From positions 75,764,001 to 75,828,000 of the forward strand of contig NC_043006.1 in the NCBI RefSeq assembly GCF_006345805.1: 64,000 nucleotides of DNA, written 5' to 3'. Position numbers and translations under genes: made by a program. Below, in pieces: positions 37,913 to 52,105 of the stretch. Under the pieces are notes generated by a model. It made no database searches and was not told where the DNA came from. It worked only from the letters and a program-made list of their open reading frames with translations. The stretch comes from Octopus sinensis (taxonomy: Eukaryota). Each line of letters opens with the position of its first letter. Positions within the stretch are counted from its first letter, which is position 1.

Positions 37913-39700
37913 ATATATGTATATACGAAAACTCAAAAGCTAAAGTAGTCAGATGAAATATGTAGAGTGATGGGTATGTGATCATGAATTAAAATATATA
38001 GTGAGACCAAAGTTGGTTAAGCGTTCATATTTAGATGTGTTCTGTATTTTTCGATGAACAAATTTTCTTTATTTAAACTTTCTTGTACAGTCAAAAATGT
38101 TTCTTTGAACTTGTAGAAGTTTGATTGACCTGTGTACTTTGATTTGATATTAACTGCACATATCTCGATGTCTCCATTCAAAGGAATCTGTTTGTATTGC
38201 GGGAACTGGAACTGAACACTTTATAACATAAATTAGATTTTCTGAAGCACAAATGAAGTTAGTTTTAATTGTGAACCTCTCTCCTTGTTTGAATAGGAAT
38301 TCCGAGCATTCCAGTAGGTTGGAGAATGTTCCACAATTTGGGCAACCACATGTTTCAACCGTTGGTTTCGTGGTTGTTATTTAAAGTTTCGCATTTGTTA
38401 GAAGTCTTTTTTCAGCGATTTATGTTCCTTTTTGTATTTGAAGGATTTATGTGTTTTCAGAATGTTGTTCCTTTTTGGATCCCTAGTAAGCATAGGTAGA
38501 TTTTGTACAACAGTGTTGTATGCCCCATTGTTTCTAGTGTTTTGAGATGAAGTGTGATGCTACGTGTTGTTATACTTAGTGTTTCAATGCCTAATTTCTT
38601 AGCACGCTAGATTCCATCGTCTATAAGTGAGAGTGGATATTGCCTTTCAGTTAATATTATTCTAAGGTCCCAAATATATCCATCAGACACTATTGTGCAA
38701 ATCCTTTTAGCTAAATTAAAGAGGATATTTCTTTTGATGTGTTTCAGGTGGCATGAGTTAAATAGGAGATATTGCTTCGAGTCAGTTGGCTTATGTTAAA
38801 TTTCAGATACAATTTCGTGGCTGAGATTTTTTATCTTCATAATATCCTAGAAGGTAAGTTGTTTTTTTGTTATATACGTTGTAAATTGAATGTTAAGGTT
38901 TATATTATTTAGTATTGATTTATCCGTGGTCTCCTTCCAAATCATAAAGCTGTCATCCAGGTGTCTTTTCTTGTTCTCTTTTGTATAATGGTGAAATGGA
39001 TATCCATATTTTTGCATTGACAATTCATATATGGGGAATTTGAAATATCCGATTATTAGGTTCGCAAGAGCAGGGGCTGCTTTTGTTCCCATTGCAATTC
39101 CGCATTTATGACGATAGTAAGTGTCATCAAATAGGAAGTAATTATTCTGAAGTACAAATTTTAATGTTTCAATAATTAAAACCTGGTTTATGCGTTCCGG
39201 AATTATTTCGGAATACTTTTCCAGCCAGAATTTTATTGCTTGTATTCCATAGTCATGTGGGATGTCGTTGTAAAAAATAATAACATCGAAGGAAGCCAAT
39301 AATGTCTCTTCATTTGCTATTTTTGGTAGATGAATTGTAGAAGAATGTCTAGATCGTCCCTAATGGAAATTTTGATATATTGCAGCAAGGGTTTCAGTAG
39401 GATGTCTAGAAAATTGCTTAGGCGGCGGGTTTCACAGGAGAAAATGTTGCAAAATATTTCATTGTTTTTTGTTGCTTATAGTTTACAACTTATTTGTAGA
39501 AGGTATCATTTTCTAGTATGAATAATACTAGGTTTTTGTAGTAATCTGTGTCCATCAGGACTACTGCACTTCCTTTGTCTGCTTTTTAAATTGCCAGATC
39601 TTTGTCACTTTGTAGTCCAATTAGACTTTTCCATTCTAGATTGTTGAGATTTGAATTGATTTTTTGCTCATGGAAAAGTGTTGGCAACAGGAATAAAATG
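37640..39700 (-). mobile_element. Degenerate Penelope-like element (RT + GIY-YIG)
   Basis: ORF 38847-39299 LASFDV...GIAMGTKAAPALAN...KRHLDDSF gives PLE RT motifs; 38200-38380 translates CGCPNCG...SEFLFKQGERFTIKTNFICASENLIYVIKCS; many stops and frameshifts. Confidence 0.88.
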
Positions 39701-41589
39701 TTGGCAGCAGGGAACCTAGACGTCATTACATGGATGTGGCTCGCTTCTATTTAGATTGAAAGAAGTTAAGGAACAAAACACTTACTCAAAGAAGGTTTCT
39801 AGTTTGAAGGCCTTCTACTCTTCATCTCTCCCGAAACATTCGTACTATTGGAAGTAATAATGAAGAAGACTTGAACGAGTTTGACATAAAATCGTTCCAA
39901 GCTTATGTGAGAAGAGAAAAACCTGCAAATTAACATCAAACCTATGGTGAAACTGAAACATATCGATCACAGTTACACATCATCTCTCTAAAGGCCGTGA
40001 TGAATTGGTGATGCGGGACTTAAAACTTTGTAATTCAGTGAATCACCATACCATTTGTAGTAGCGGAAACTTTTAATGGACGAGTGATTCCGTCTGCTTT
40101 TTGATTTGCGATTCCATCTCTTATCGTTCAAAGTGGTAAAACATTCCCTGTATAATTAATATTTTATTTTTCCTCTAATTTTAGATGCCTCGTTTTAATG
40201 TATATGACATATGTTCTGCTTTTTTTTTCTTGTAAATTACTCTAGAATCCATTGAACTGAAAACGTAGCTCCTTGTTAACAAAATGGTAATGGATGATGG
40301 AAAAATAAGTAAAAGGAATCGGTCATACTACTAAAATAATTACAAGGTTTTACTTCGGTTCTGCACGTCTGGCTTATCAAGATATAAGTGTTAATAATAT
40401 GAAACCATGATAAACTGTTGGCTTCTCATGACTTGAATATCCACGAAGATATTCTAAACTGTCAAGCTATCATGGCCTTCTACGTATCCTTGAATTGGTT
40501 AATAATATGGGATATTGTGTGGATATTACACAGAGTTGGAATAACCGGACGTAATTAAGTTCTCTTTGTGGTTGATCTGAATTTGTAGACTGCAAATATT
40601 CTCCAGTATCTGATATTACTCAGTATTCCCCTGTTATATTGTTCTGTAATGTAGCATATCAATATTATATAGAAAGGGCCACAAGGAATCGTCTTAAAAA
40701 GCAAAATATTCTTCTTAGATCTGATATCATATGACTGTATTCCTCCAGTAAATTAGAAACGGCATGCGAACAGTATAAAAATCCAGTTGTTAATGTTACA
40801 TCCTAAATTTCTGAAATGTATATCCGAAATTTGTACAAGTATTCCACCGCTTTTATGATGTTTAAAATAATTCCATTTTCTTCTCGATTTATAATTTGCA
40901 TATTTGTTTTTCTTGTGAATGGCTTGAATTTCATTTCGCTCAGGGCTGATGCTGGTTTCACATCAAAAGGCATACAATTTCTTTTATGCGATTGGATCTT
41001 CGTCAGCGAAAAGAGTTTCTTCTGTGCAGCTTGTCTACTCTACATCTTACTTTTTATAGCTTTTTGCTATGTATTTCCGTTTGGTAATTTTTCAGTGTTT
41101 AATTAACAAAGAAAACTGCTGTCTTCAAGGCAAGGCAGAGATAGATTTCTTTTCTTCTTGACTTGAGAGCTGCCGTAATTGGCTGAAGAACACTGGTGCC
41201 AGACTATGCACAAGTTACCTAATTTTCGATCTTTCAGCCAATCATTCCAGATAGAGAGTTTCAATGCACGTTTACAAAGGAAAGATTTACGCTATCCTTA
41301 TTTACATCCAGAAGGATACTTGCATGTATAAAGTAGTTTTGTTGTTGACATTAATTCTAGTCGATGTTGTTAAAATGTTTGTGATTTATATTAGTTAGTG
41401 TTTAATACTAATATTTTGCTCATTAAATAAAATGGTATTGCTTTTGTGCGCATGAGCAAAGTATTCACGGCATTTTTGTTCTTTGTGATTCGTCTCTAAC
41501 TGTAACAAGTAATCTATAATGCCAGTATAGATTATTTGTTATTTCATCTACTAGTTGTAAAATGAGTGAGTTGTAAAAAACGTTTAAAA

Positions 41590-41611
41590 ATAACATCAAC
41601 AACAACAGTAA

Positions 41612-41688
<77 letters not shown>

Positions 41689-41713
41689 ATAATAATAATA
41701 ATAATAATAATAA
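41590..41713. repeat. (AAC)/(ACT)n/(AAT)n compound microsatellite
   Basis: Seen directly. Confidence 0.97.
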
Positions 41714-42407
41714 CAGCACATAATGAAAGAAATACAAGTAACTGCAGAATATGTGGTAATGGGGAAGAAACAATAAATCATATTGTCTATGACTGCTCAG
41801 TCCTGGTTAAGAAGGGCTATATTCTTAGACATGACAGAGTTGGGACCTATATATCCTGCAAACTATTCCAACACTATGAAATAACAACAGAAAAAATACG
41901 GTATAGGCACACCCCAGAAAGGGTCACAGAAAACGAGAAAGCAACCATATTTTGGGATATGCCAATACACACACATAGAGAAATCAAGGCTAATAGGCCG
42001 GATATAGTTGTCAGAGATCATCAAGAAAAAATGCTTTCTAATCGATGTATCAATACCAATAGATGACAGCGTTTCGCTAAAATAAACAGAGAAACTTTCA
42101 AAATAGAAAGATCTGGAAATAGAGGTAACTCAAATGTGAAGCCTAAATACAGAATCAATTTCTATCATAGCAGGCGCATTAGTTATTATGAAATAACATC
42201 CAAACAAATACATAGCAAAAACACCAGGCCTTACATGTATACAAAACATACAGGAAATAGCACTACTAGGCACTGCACACATCCTACATAAAACACTTTC
42301 AATTCAGTGAAAATAAGAGCGTCACAAGAAACCACAGAAGATATCCAAGGCACATAGAGCTGCACACGGTTATGCAGTGAAAGCACATGGAATAAATAAG
42401 ACTATTG
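41714..42407 (+). mobile_element. Short 5'-truncated R4/Dong-like copy (CCHC finger, RLE, 3' UTR)
   Basis: CRICGNGEETINHIVYDC...RHDRVG...WDMPIHT...NRPDIVVRDH; the 3' UTR matches 44976-45072; followed by (AAT)n. Confidence 0.92.
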
Positions 42408-42467
42408 AATAATAATAATAATAATAATAAAATAATAATAATAATATAATAATAATAATAATAATAA

Positions 42468-45069
42468 TAATGAAAACAAACAGTTCAGCTCCAACCCCAA
42501 AAAGTTCTACCAAGAACTTGGCAAAAATAAAATAGAAATCACTGCAGCACCGACGGCAGAAGAAGTGGAAGAATTCTGGAGAGAAATATGGTCGGCGAAC
42601 GAACAACCAAAAAAAAGGAGTATTAAAACAACAAACTCAGCATCTGAGCAACTTTGGATCCCCATAACAACTGAAGAGGTCACCCAGGTACTGCAAAGAC
42701 TAAGCAACTGGAAGGCACCTGGGCATGACAAGATTCCCAACTTCTGGTTGAAATATCTAACAGTAATGCACAAAACGTTGGCTGAAAATTTAACAACATA
42801 CTGGAAGAGCCAGAGACAATGCCTGAATGGCTCACGAAGAGGAAAACCATATTAATTCCCAAATCAAATGAGACAGCAAAACCAGAAAACTACAGACCTA
42901 TAACATGTCTCCCTACAATGTTCAAAGCATTTACTGCAGTAATATCGCAAAGATTGAACAAGCACCTGGACGAAAACAACCTGTTTCCAGAAGAGCAGAA
43001 AGGATGCCGCAAAGGCTCATACGGCTGTAAAGATCAACTAATGATCAATAAAGCCATAACTGAAGGCAGCCACAGAAAGAAGAAAGGCCTCAGTATGGCC
43101 TGGATCGACTACAAAAAGGCATTTGATAGCATCCCCCACACATGTATTCTCGAAACACTAGCCATGAACAAAGTTGCACCAACAATTATAAAGTACATAG
43201 GACACTCTATGAATAAATGGCAAACAGTGCTACAGCTCCAAACAAAAGAGGGACTTGTGAAAACCAAAGCCATCCCCATTAGAAGAGGAATATTCCAGGG
43301 AGATACGCTCTCTCCACTCCTTTTCTGCTTGGCACTGTCACCTCTATCGGATATGCTAAACTGAACTGGGTGTGGATACAAATGTTACGGCAAAAAGATC
43401 AGCCACCTTTTATATATGGATGACCTAAAAATATACGCTACAAATGACAAACAGCTGGAAATACTACTAAAGACAGTTCATGGATTTACCAAAGAAATAG
43501 AAATGAAATTTGGATTAGAGAAATGCGCCAAAGTAACTCTGAAAAGAGGAAAACTAATTAAGAGTAGCAACATCACACTAGATAAAACCAATGAAATAAA
43601 AGAATTAAACCAAAGCCAAACTTACAAATACTTAGGAATCCATGAACTAGATAAGACACAATACACAAATTTGAAAGAGAAAATAAAAAAAAAGAATATT
43701 ATAGACGAGTTAGATCAATACTGAAAACAGAGCTCAATGCTAAAAACAAGATAATAGGTTATCAACACTTTAGCCGTCCCAGTTATAAGTTACAGCTACC
43801 ATATCCGTAACTGGACACTAAATGAACCGACCAAAATAGATAGGAAAACAAGAAAAATAATGACAGGATCTAGGATGCATCACACAAAATCTGACATAGA
43901 AAGGCTATATACACAACGTATAGATGGTGGTAGAGGCCTTATCCAGCTGGAAAACTACTGTAAAATAACCACCATAGGACTGCAAAAATATCTACTTCAG
44001 AAGGAAGGAAAACTGATACAAATAGCGGCAAAATACGAGCAAAACAAAAAACTGTTCTCAGTATTTAAGGAAGCTGACAAATACAAACAAGAAATCATGC
44101 CGCCTAATAAATATGAAGAAGAATAAGAAGATGAAGAAACAACAAAAGCAATAAAACAAATGAAATCCAAACTAAAAATAGAATAGAAACGAACCATGAT
44201 AAAACGATGGCAAGAAAAGCCCCTCCATGGCAAATACTGGACTAAACTAAATGCAAAATAAATAGACAAAGAAAAATCCCAACAATGGTTGAGAAGCTCA
44301 GGACTCAAAGCAGAGACAGAAGGATTTTTAATTACAGCACAAGACCAAAGCCTCCCCACCAGAAATTACCAAAAACATGTAATGAAAAGAAATATAATAA
44401 GTAACTGCAGAATATGTGGAGATGGACAAGAAACAATAAATCATATTATCTCTGGCTGCCAAGTCCTGGCTAAGAAGGAATATATTCACAGCCACGACAG
44501 AGTTGGGACCTATATACACTGGAAACTGTGCCATAACTGTGGGATAACAACAGAAAAAAGATGGTATAGGCACACACCAGAAAAGGTCACAGAAAACGAG
44601 AAAGCAACCATACTCTGGGATATGCCAATACACACAGATAGAGAAATTAAGGCCAACAGACCAGATATAGTTGTCAGAGATCATGAAGAAAAAAAATGTT
44701 TTCTAATTGATGTATCAATACTAGCGGATGACAACGTGGCTCTAAAAGAAATGGAGAAACTTTCAAAATACAAAGACCTGGAAATAGAGGTAACCAGAAT
44801 GTGGAATATAAAAGCAGAAACAATTCCTATCATAATAGGTGCATTAGGCATGATAAAAAAATATTCAGACAAATACATAACAAAAACACCAGGACTTACA
44901 AACGCATATAACATACAGAAAATTGCACTACAAGGCACTGCACACATCCTACGCAGAACACTTTCCATACAATAACCATCAGAGCATCACAACAAATCAC
45001 AGCACATACCCAAGGCACACAGAGCTGCGCTCGGTAGTGAAGTGAAAGCACGATATAAAAAATATACTA

Positions 45070-45072
<3 letters not shown>
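42468..45072 (+). mobile_element. 5'-truncated, inactivated R4/Dong-like non-LTR retrotransposon (RT + CCHC + RLE) in an (AAT)n tract
   Basis: KAPGHDKI, NYRPITCL, IDYKKAFDSIPH, GIFQGDTLSPLLF, YMDD, CRICGD..H...C, HDRVG, RPD..D..K motifs; in-frame TGA at 43362-43364 plus frameshifts; (AAT)n at 42408-42470 and 45073-45153. Confidence 0.95.
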
Positions 45073-45154
<82 letters not shown>

Positions 45155-48100
45155 CCCTGATAGAGTACCAGGCAGTGGCTCTCATGGCTTTTGATCTTAA
45201 CTGTTTGGAAGTGTTGCCATGTACATTGATTGTCTTAGTATAAAATATGGACTAAAACGAATATAGTGCTCAATTTCAGAGATTTGTCTGTCAATTGTTT
45301 GATTTTAAACATTTGGGTATGTCCTTGGTGGCTGACAATATGTGTATCTCTGATCATGAGCTAAACTAGTGGGGGATCCTCATAGCCAGGCGTTGAAATA
45401 GTTCTTTGGGGTTTGAATAATTCACCTCTGGAAGAGCGGGTGTTTTGTTCATCATCCTTAAAACAAACTTTATTCAGGGACCTTTTGAGGAGGATGGTCT
45501 ACTCGACCTGAATAAAATTCTAACTGGGACCCTTCTGCAAGGTCATGCGTTGTTTATCTTGATAGGAGATCATGCGCGGAAAAAAATGAAAGGCAATGTC
45601 GCTCACGGCGGAAAGAATAAAAGAAGTAATAGTAGTTATTGTTAGAAAATTATTAATTTATATTGAAAGAAAAAATATCAACAACTTAAGTCCATAACAA
45701 CTGATACGTGTCTTGATTGATTCAGATGTAAATAAGATATTAATTCATTTTTATGAATTATATTCCGTTCTTCTAAAATTAATTATGCAAAATCACGATT
45801 GACTGTCGTGTGTAACTACACTGACAGAGAGCAAATGAAATGAATAGCAAGTAGGGGCTTCCTTCGAGAAACAATATGAGCAATACTGGATAATTTTGCC
45901 CAGTTCAAGAGGGAAATGCATATTCAAACTTGTAATCAGATACTACAGCTCTATAAGATAAGCAGACAAAGTGAGAGATAAATGAAAGATAGGTAGATAG
46001 ATGAATAAAGCATGTTTCATGCCGTATCGCAAGAAGAGAATCAACTCGTACTTGAGATACACCTTGACAAAGCGAACAGAATTTACTCTTCAAAACTTGC
46101 GAATTGTCAAGGAAAAAAATATGTATGATGGATGTCGAAAAGAATACATTTTCCTCCTACAGGAATATATGGCAGCTTCAAGCATTCGAACAAAGAACTG
46201 AGACAAAATTTAATTCCTGGAGAGAAAACAGTGTTCATTATAGATTGATTTTAGGAGTGACAAGAGAATTCAACAAGACACGTATTTAAAAGTACAAATA
46301 TATCAGGTTTAGAAATAGAAGATTGGAAAGGAAAAATGCATAATAAAAATATATAATTCAGAAAATAAAACATAAACAAACAGCTCAAATACAACAGAAA
46401 AGTAAAGACATCACAATGAAAGACAGCAAGATAATACAAAGTCAAAATGGAAATCAGGAAGATAGGTTTAGCGCTTGCAAGAGTAAAAAATAAATGAGTA
46501 AAAAGTAAATAATGTTTCTGCATTATCCCAACACAACAGTGATAAATGATAAAAATTTACTCTGAACTGTAGCAACGAAAATACAAAACATACAATTAAA
46601 TATGAGAAAGGTTTAAGAGAAGAAACAAACGGTAGAAATTTCTAATATGGCAACAAAACTGAAAGTTGGAAAGATAAAAGTTTGTGATATACAAGAGTAC
46701 ACGACACTGACAGAACTATTATACAGGTATCATATGTGAACATCAATACACCACAATGATACTCTAATCTTTGTATCAATAACCGAAACAAGAAAGGAAA
46801 ATATATTTACTTGTAAAACATTTCACGCAAACATTTAAATCAAAGCAAAGAACGGAGAATTGTGAAGATGATGTGATTCGCATCAAACTGAAATATGGAT
46901 TCGGCAAAGCTGATAATATCTCATAAGACCGAAACATATCCATGGTTGAATATGTATGGCTAAAAGCCGTTTTTTCAATTTAAATTTTTCTCAATCCAAA
47001 ATATTTACACCATGATCTATTCTCATCATTAATGACAGAAGTTTGATTATTTAAAAATATAATGACTCATTATTAACGTTATTGCTTATACTCTTGCCAC
47101 GATCATTCATGTAGATGAGAATGGTGGATTGGCAGAGCCTTGAACGTGTTAACTAAAAAGCTCTCCATTACTTATTCACATACCACCATAAACTGTAGGA
47201 ATATAAATCGTTCCAGTATATGACTGGTACCTTATTTTATTGATATCGAGAAGAACTAGAGATAAAAGTGATCTTGGCAGAATAAATAGGCATCCGAATT
47301 CGCTATAATGAAACAGTAGTCATGTGTGTGTGTATGCAGGCATCCCCCAAACTTAATATATTTGATTTCTTTTATCCCAAGAATTGTCAAACGTTCAAAG
47401 ATTTCGAAAATCAAAAGGACGAATCTTAACGATTGCCTGTATTTGAGTCCAAGATGTAAAATTTTGTAACCGGCAATTTTGTCTGACATTCTAACGATTC
47501 TAGCCATAAAGTTATATGCAATAATCTTAATTCGTGTCAGGGAAAACAAAATATATAAGACAAGTAGAATATTATTCAAGACATGGATTTTCGGAAAATA
47601 ATTTTTTAACAACGAGGTCAATGACGATGGCGACAAAAGCAATAAATGATAATTTTAACATATGCGTTTGGACAGTAGTTCTCAAAATGACTACTACACT
47701 CCAAAAATGTTAATAAAACGTTAGCCTCCTCTTTATTGGTAAGAAGACGAAATATTTTTCATCTATTTCATTTTTCCTTCTTCACTATTTTCTTGCATAC
47801 TTTTCAATTGTCTCATATCCCTCGAGGTTGAGGGACCTATGACATGAAAATTTGATAATATATGCAATCGATTAGAAATGCTGGAATGGAAACAGTCGGT
47901 TTAAGCAATACTCGTTCTTAAAGATTATTCATTTTTATTAACTCCAGAGGCATAGAAATATAGTATATTCCATGCATCCACGTAGCCTAGTGTTCAGTAT
48001 GATGGCCTCGCAACCATTAGTTCAGATTCGATTCTTAGACAACGCAGCGCAAATTAATTAAGTCCTCTAGCAAGATATTTCATTTCCAGTTTTTGATTAC

Positions 48101-48459
48101 ATAACTGGTAATGGTGATTAACTCAATGACTCAGAGTTATCCTGTTCAATGAGGAGTTTGTACCTACTTTTCCTTAGTATATCCTAGTATGAGTTAACAT
48201 GCAATATCGCCATTCGTCTTAGTTTACAATCAGAGCGATGGTGACGTGATCAATATAATTGGTACTTGAACATGAAAGTCATGTATTAGGGATAGCGTTT
48301 CGGAGAATGTGAATGGAGAGAAAAAGCGTGTCTGCATTCGGTGAGATTTAAAACCAGTATCTTAAGAATCGTAACTGGAGATTCGGTACGGTATCCAGTG
48401 GATAACGCTTAAGACTCACTGAAGGGCTCTCATTGTGTTTGCGAGCCCTGCTAGATGCA

Positions 48460-48508
<49 letters not shown>

Positions 48509-51384
48509 CAAACTACCCTTTGTCATCTTGTAAATTAATGGAGATACAATCTTGGAGGCACATAGTCACAGTACATATGGCATACACACAAACACACACG
48601 CGCGCACGTATATGCACGCACACACACATACTTATACTTAGATAGCTGTGAGTAGAGAATAGAAATAGTGTTAATTAATTATGAATGCATGGAGTGTATA
48701 AACATGTTGTTTGTGTATATATTTGTTTCAATTGAATACAAGGCATCGATTAGTATGAGAGTAACATGGTTATATAGTTCGCTTTTGCAATTACGATGTC
48801 CAGAGTTCGATCTCATAGAGTGACACCTAGGAAAAATGTCTTTTGCCATAACTCCAGTTGAAACAAATCATTCCGAGTGAAATGTGTTAAGCGTGAGAAA
48901 ATATCCAAGGAATTATACCGGGATTTCAAAGGCACAGTTTTGTCGTACTGATTTCGTATGAGAATTGCATCCATGGTGCACTATGTGCGCAATACCCAAC
49001 ACTTCTATGGTAATTCATTTCAGTAAATATTTCAGCTGACAGAATTTCTGAATAATTATCCTCGAAACCGACAGAGATCCATACATTTCAGTTTGTGTCA
49101 ATAATTTAAGCAACGGCCAGTATTTGATATGAACATTGAATGAATACATCCCATCTCTCGAAGATTTTCTTTCTTTATTTTATATTCCATGTTTGCGTAA
49201 GTTGCTTTCTAATAATCCATCATGGCAGGTTTATTTTGGCAGTCTTTTGTTTTGTTTTTGTTCCTTCTTAATTACAACCAAAGAGTAATGTTTTCTTAAT
49301 CCTCTTTCCATGTATTTGTGTTACAGGGCATGTTTGATTATATAATCTCATTTATTTCACGGTTTTATCTTCTCTTTGATAATGCGATCTTATTAAAAGT
49401 GACTGCTTAATTAACAAACCAAACCAACTTAACACAGCGAAACATTATTTTGCCGCGCCCAAATAAGCAAGAAGTTAAAAATAAAATAAAAACTTGGCAG
49501 AAAATAACAAAACCTAAGAATATTACATCCTCTCCTTGTGTTACGATCTGGGAAAAAAATATTATTTTGTTTACTAGAACCAACATAGTAATATTAGCCA
49601 TTACTAATTAGACTGCACTGTATTTAAAATACAGCCAGCCGTCACTTGCGGGCAAGCATCACTTACTATAACGTCACATGTGTTCATTGCTTTAGATGTT
49701 GATCATTGTTTTAGATGTCACTGCCCAGAGATATTGTCAACCTTTGTTACCAACTTTCAATAAACAGAGTGTCTCAGGCTGTGACAGCTGGTGAGAGCAA
49801 GAGCTGTAAGAAGCAGCAGACTGTCTGCAATGAAATCAGTAACTTACCATTTTACTAAATAATTAAGCATGATGCTTTTGAGAGGAATCGTGAAATATTG
49901 AATAATTTGCGGCCTTTAAACATGGATTAATAACTACTAGTAGTTGGAAAATATCATTGGGTCTGTAATCTCTATAATACTACGTTACAGCGTTCCTATA
50001 GGCAAAGCTAGTCTGATCTGCAAGACATAACACAGCTGTGAGTCCCTGAATTTGCTTAAAATGGCAATAAAATTTTCTATTAACAATGAAAAGACAGACA
50101 TTAGGTAAGGTAACCCGAGTAATCCTTTATAATATGTGAGTCATATCTTGAATGCTACATGATCACAGGCTTTTACCAATCAAAATCAGCCTTAGATTAA
50201 ACAACAACAACTAAACTACATTTAATACTACACAATACTGCATCAGCAACGAAGTTACATTTAAAATTTATTGAGCTTAAATCCTGAATATTTTAAAATC
50301 ATAAATAAAATTAACTGAGTAACAATAAAGGCATAAATTAATTTCTATCTTCCATACTATTTGAAATCGAGTAGTAACTGCGTAATAACTACGAAAAAAT
50401 GATTTTTTAAATGCGAAAATTTAATACCAAAAACATTCTAAATATATGCTGTATGTGTGCAAATAAACAAAGAAACACCCACACACCCATTAAGCGTTAG
50501 CTATCTATAAAGGAACAGAAATTACACTCGAACTCAAAATCACTGAGACGGTTTCTTTTCCCGACAACGCTGATACAAACCACCGCATCGTATCTCGTAG
50601 TCAATTGATGTATGGACATAGATGTGCTTTTGAACGTAATGTCTCTAGGGAGACATTTGTATTCCAAACAAAAACCCTCAAAGAATGTAATTCACTCGAA
50701 GGTACGTCTAAAAAGAAACACACGCATTAATCTGTGTGCAAATATTTAAAAAAATTACTATATTTCAGCTTTTCTGCTTTACCTTGTGAAGTGCATTTTA
50801 CATAAACGCATCTACACACGCGTGTACATGCGTGCACATGCACACACACATACAATATATATATATATATATTATATAAAATCAGTTCTGTCTGTGTGTG
50901 TGTCTTGTAGGATATCGGGCATCCTCTATCCGAATGCGCTCAAATTTGATATGTAGATACTGACGGTATCCGGGCGTGTATAAGTCATGAAAAAATTACA
51001 AAAAATGGATTCCAGGTGAGAATGCGATCGATAAAGCCATGGGAACGTGCATTTGTACGCGCAAGTACATCAGCTGTTGCTATCGATACTACGCGTACGC
51101 GAGAGAAAGTCTATCTTTATTTCTTCTTTTGCTGGTGTCTCAAATTTAGGTTAAATCAGTTTTTCTGAAAGGGGAGGCCTATGGGAACGGTCGGACAAGT
51201 TGTTTTGATAAAATTTGGTTTAAATGCTTAACAACTCAGCACCGTTCATTGGAACGGGGGGCGTGTTGCTCGTATATTCAAATTATGAAGAACGTAAACA
51301 AACAAACGAAGTTTGCTTTAGAAGCGCTGGGTTGTCTTAGAAAGTTAAAGTTATTTTAAATTCTTAAACGCAGGATAATGCTGA

Positions 51385-51540
51385 TAATATAGCCTGGACA
51401 GGATAAACTACCCCTATTTCGCAGAAAAAAGTGTTGGCGACTGGTTATGAGATACAAACTCATACCTCCGTGATTATGCGTCGAACGCCAACACTTTTAT
51501 CTCCAAAATAGGGGTAGCTTAACCTGTTCAGGCTATATTA
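51385..51540. repeat. Imperfect ~55-bp inverted repeat (51385-51439 / 51486-51540)
   Basis: TAGCCTGGACAGGATAAACTACCCCTATTTCGCAGAAAAAAGTGTTGGCG matches the reverse complement of CGCCAACACTTTTATCTCCAAAATAGGGGTAGCTTAACCTGTTCAGGCTA. Confidence 0.85.
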
Positions 51541-51543
51541 TTA

Positions 51544-51578
<35 letters not shown>

Positions 51579-51894
51579 TGTATGTATGTATGTATGTATG
51601 TATGTATAAAACACACACACACACATATATATGTACACATACAAAAGTCGAAATCGAAAGCGAGATCAAACTCTCTCATGAAAAGGAAAGAACAGATAGA
51701 ACAGAGCCGTGGGAAGCATAAAACAAAGCCTAAATTTGCAAGAGAAACAGCCACAATACAATATTAAATAGGACCATTGCTCCAGGAGAATGGTTCACTA
51801 ACTGCAGACCCAGAGATGATAAGGGAGGGACTCAGTGAACAATTTTGAAATGTTTTCACTCCCCACCCCTGGGACATATGCAGATAAAAAACCG

Positions 51895-52105
51895 GCTGTG
51901 TGTTTGTGTTTCTGTATTTGTCCCCACAAAATCATTTGACAACCGATGCTGGTGTATTTACGTCCCCGTAACTAAGCGGTTCGGCAAGACAGACCGATAG
52001 AATAAGTACTAGGCTTACAAAGAATAAGTCCTGGGGTCGATTTACTTGGCTAAAGGCGGTGCTCCAGCATGGCTGCAGTCAACTGACTGAAACAAATAAA
52101 AGAAT
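51895..52105 (+). mobile_element. SINE type C, 3' half
   Basis: TTTGACAACCGATGCTGGTG...CGTCCCCGTAACTAAGCGGTTCGGC...GGCGGTGCTCCAGCATGGCTGCAGTC. Confidence 0.88.

Noticed and set aside
45154-45570. Sequence after the (AAT)n tract that resembles an interspersed repeat I recall from octopus
   Set aside because: It is single copy here and has no diagnostic motif, so it cannot be classified from the window.
50870-51350. Possible Helitron-like non-autonomous element (TA-rich start followed by GTCTGTGTG)
   Set aside because: I could not find a 3' hairpin plus CTRR end, and it is single copy in the window.
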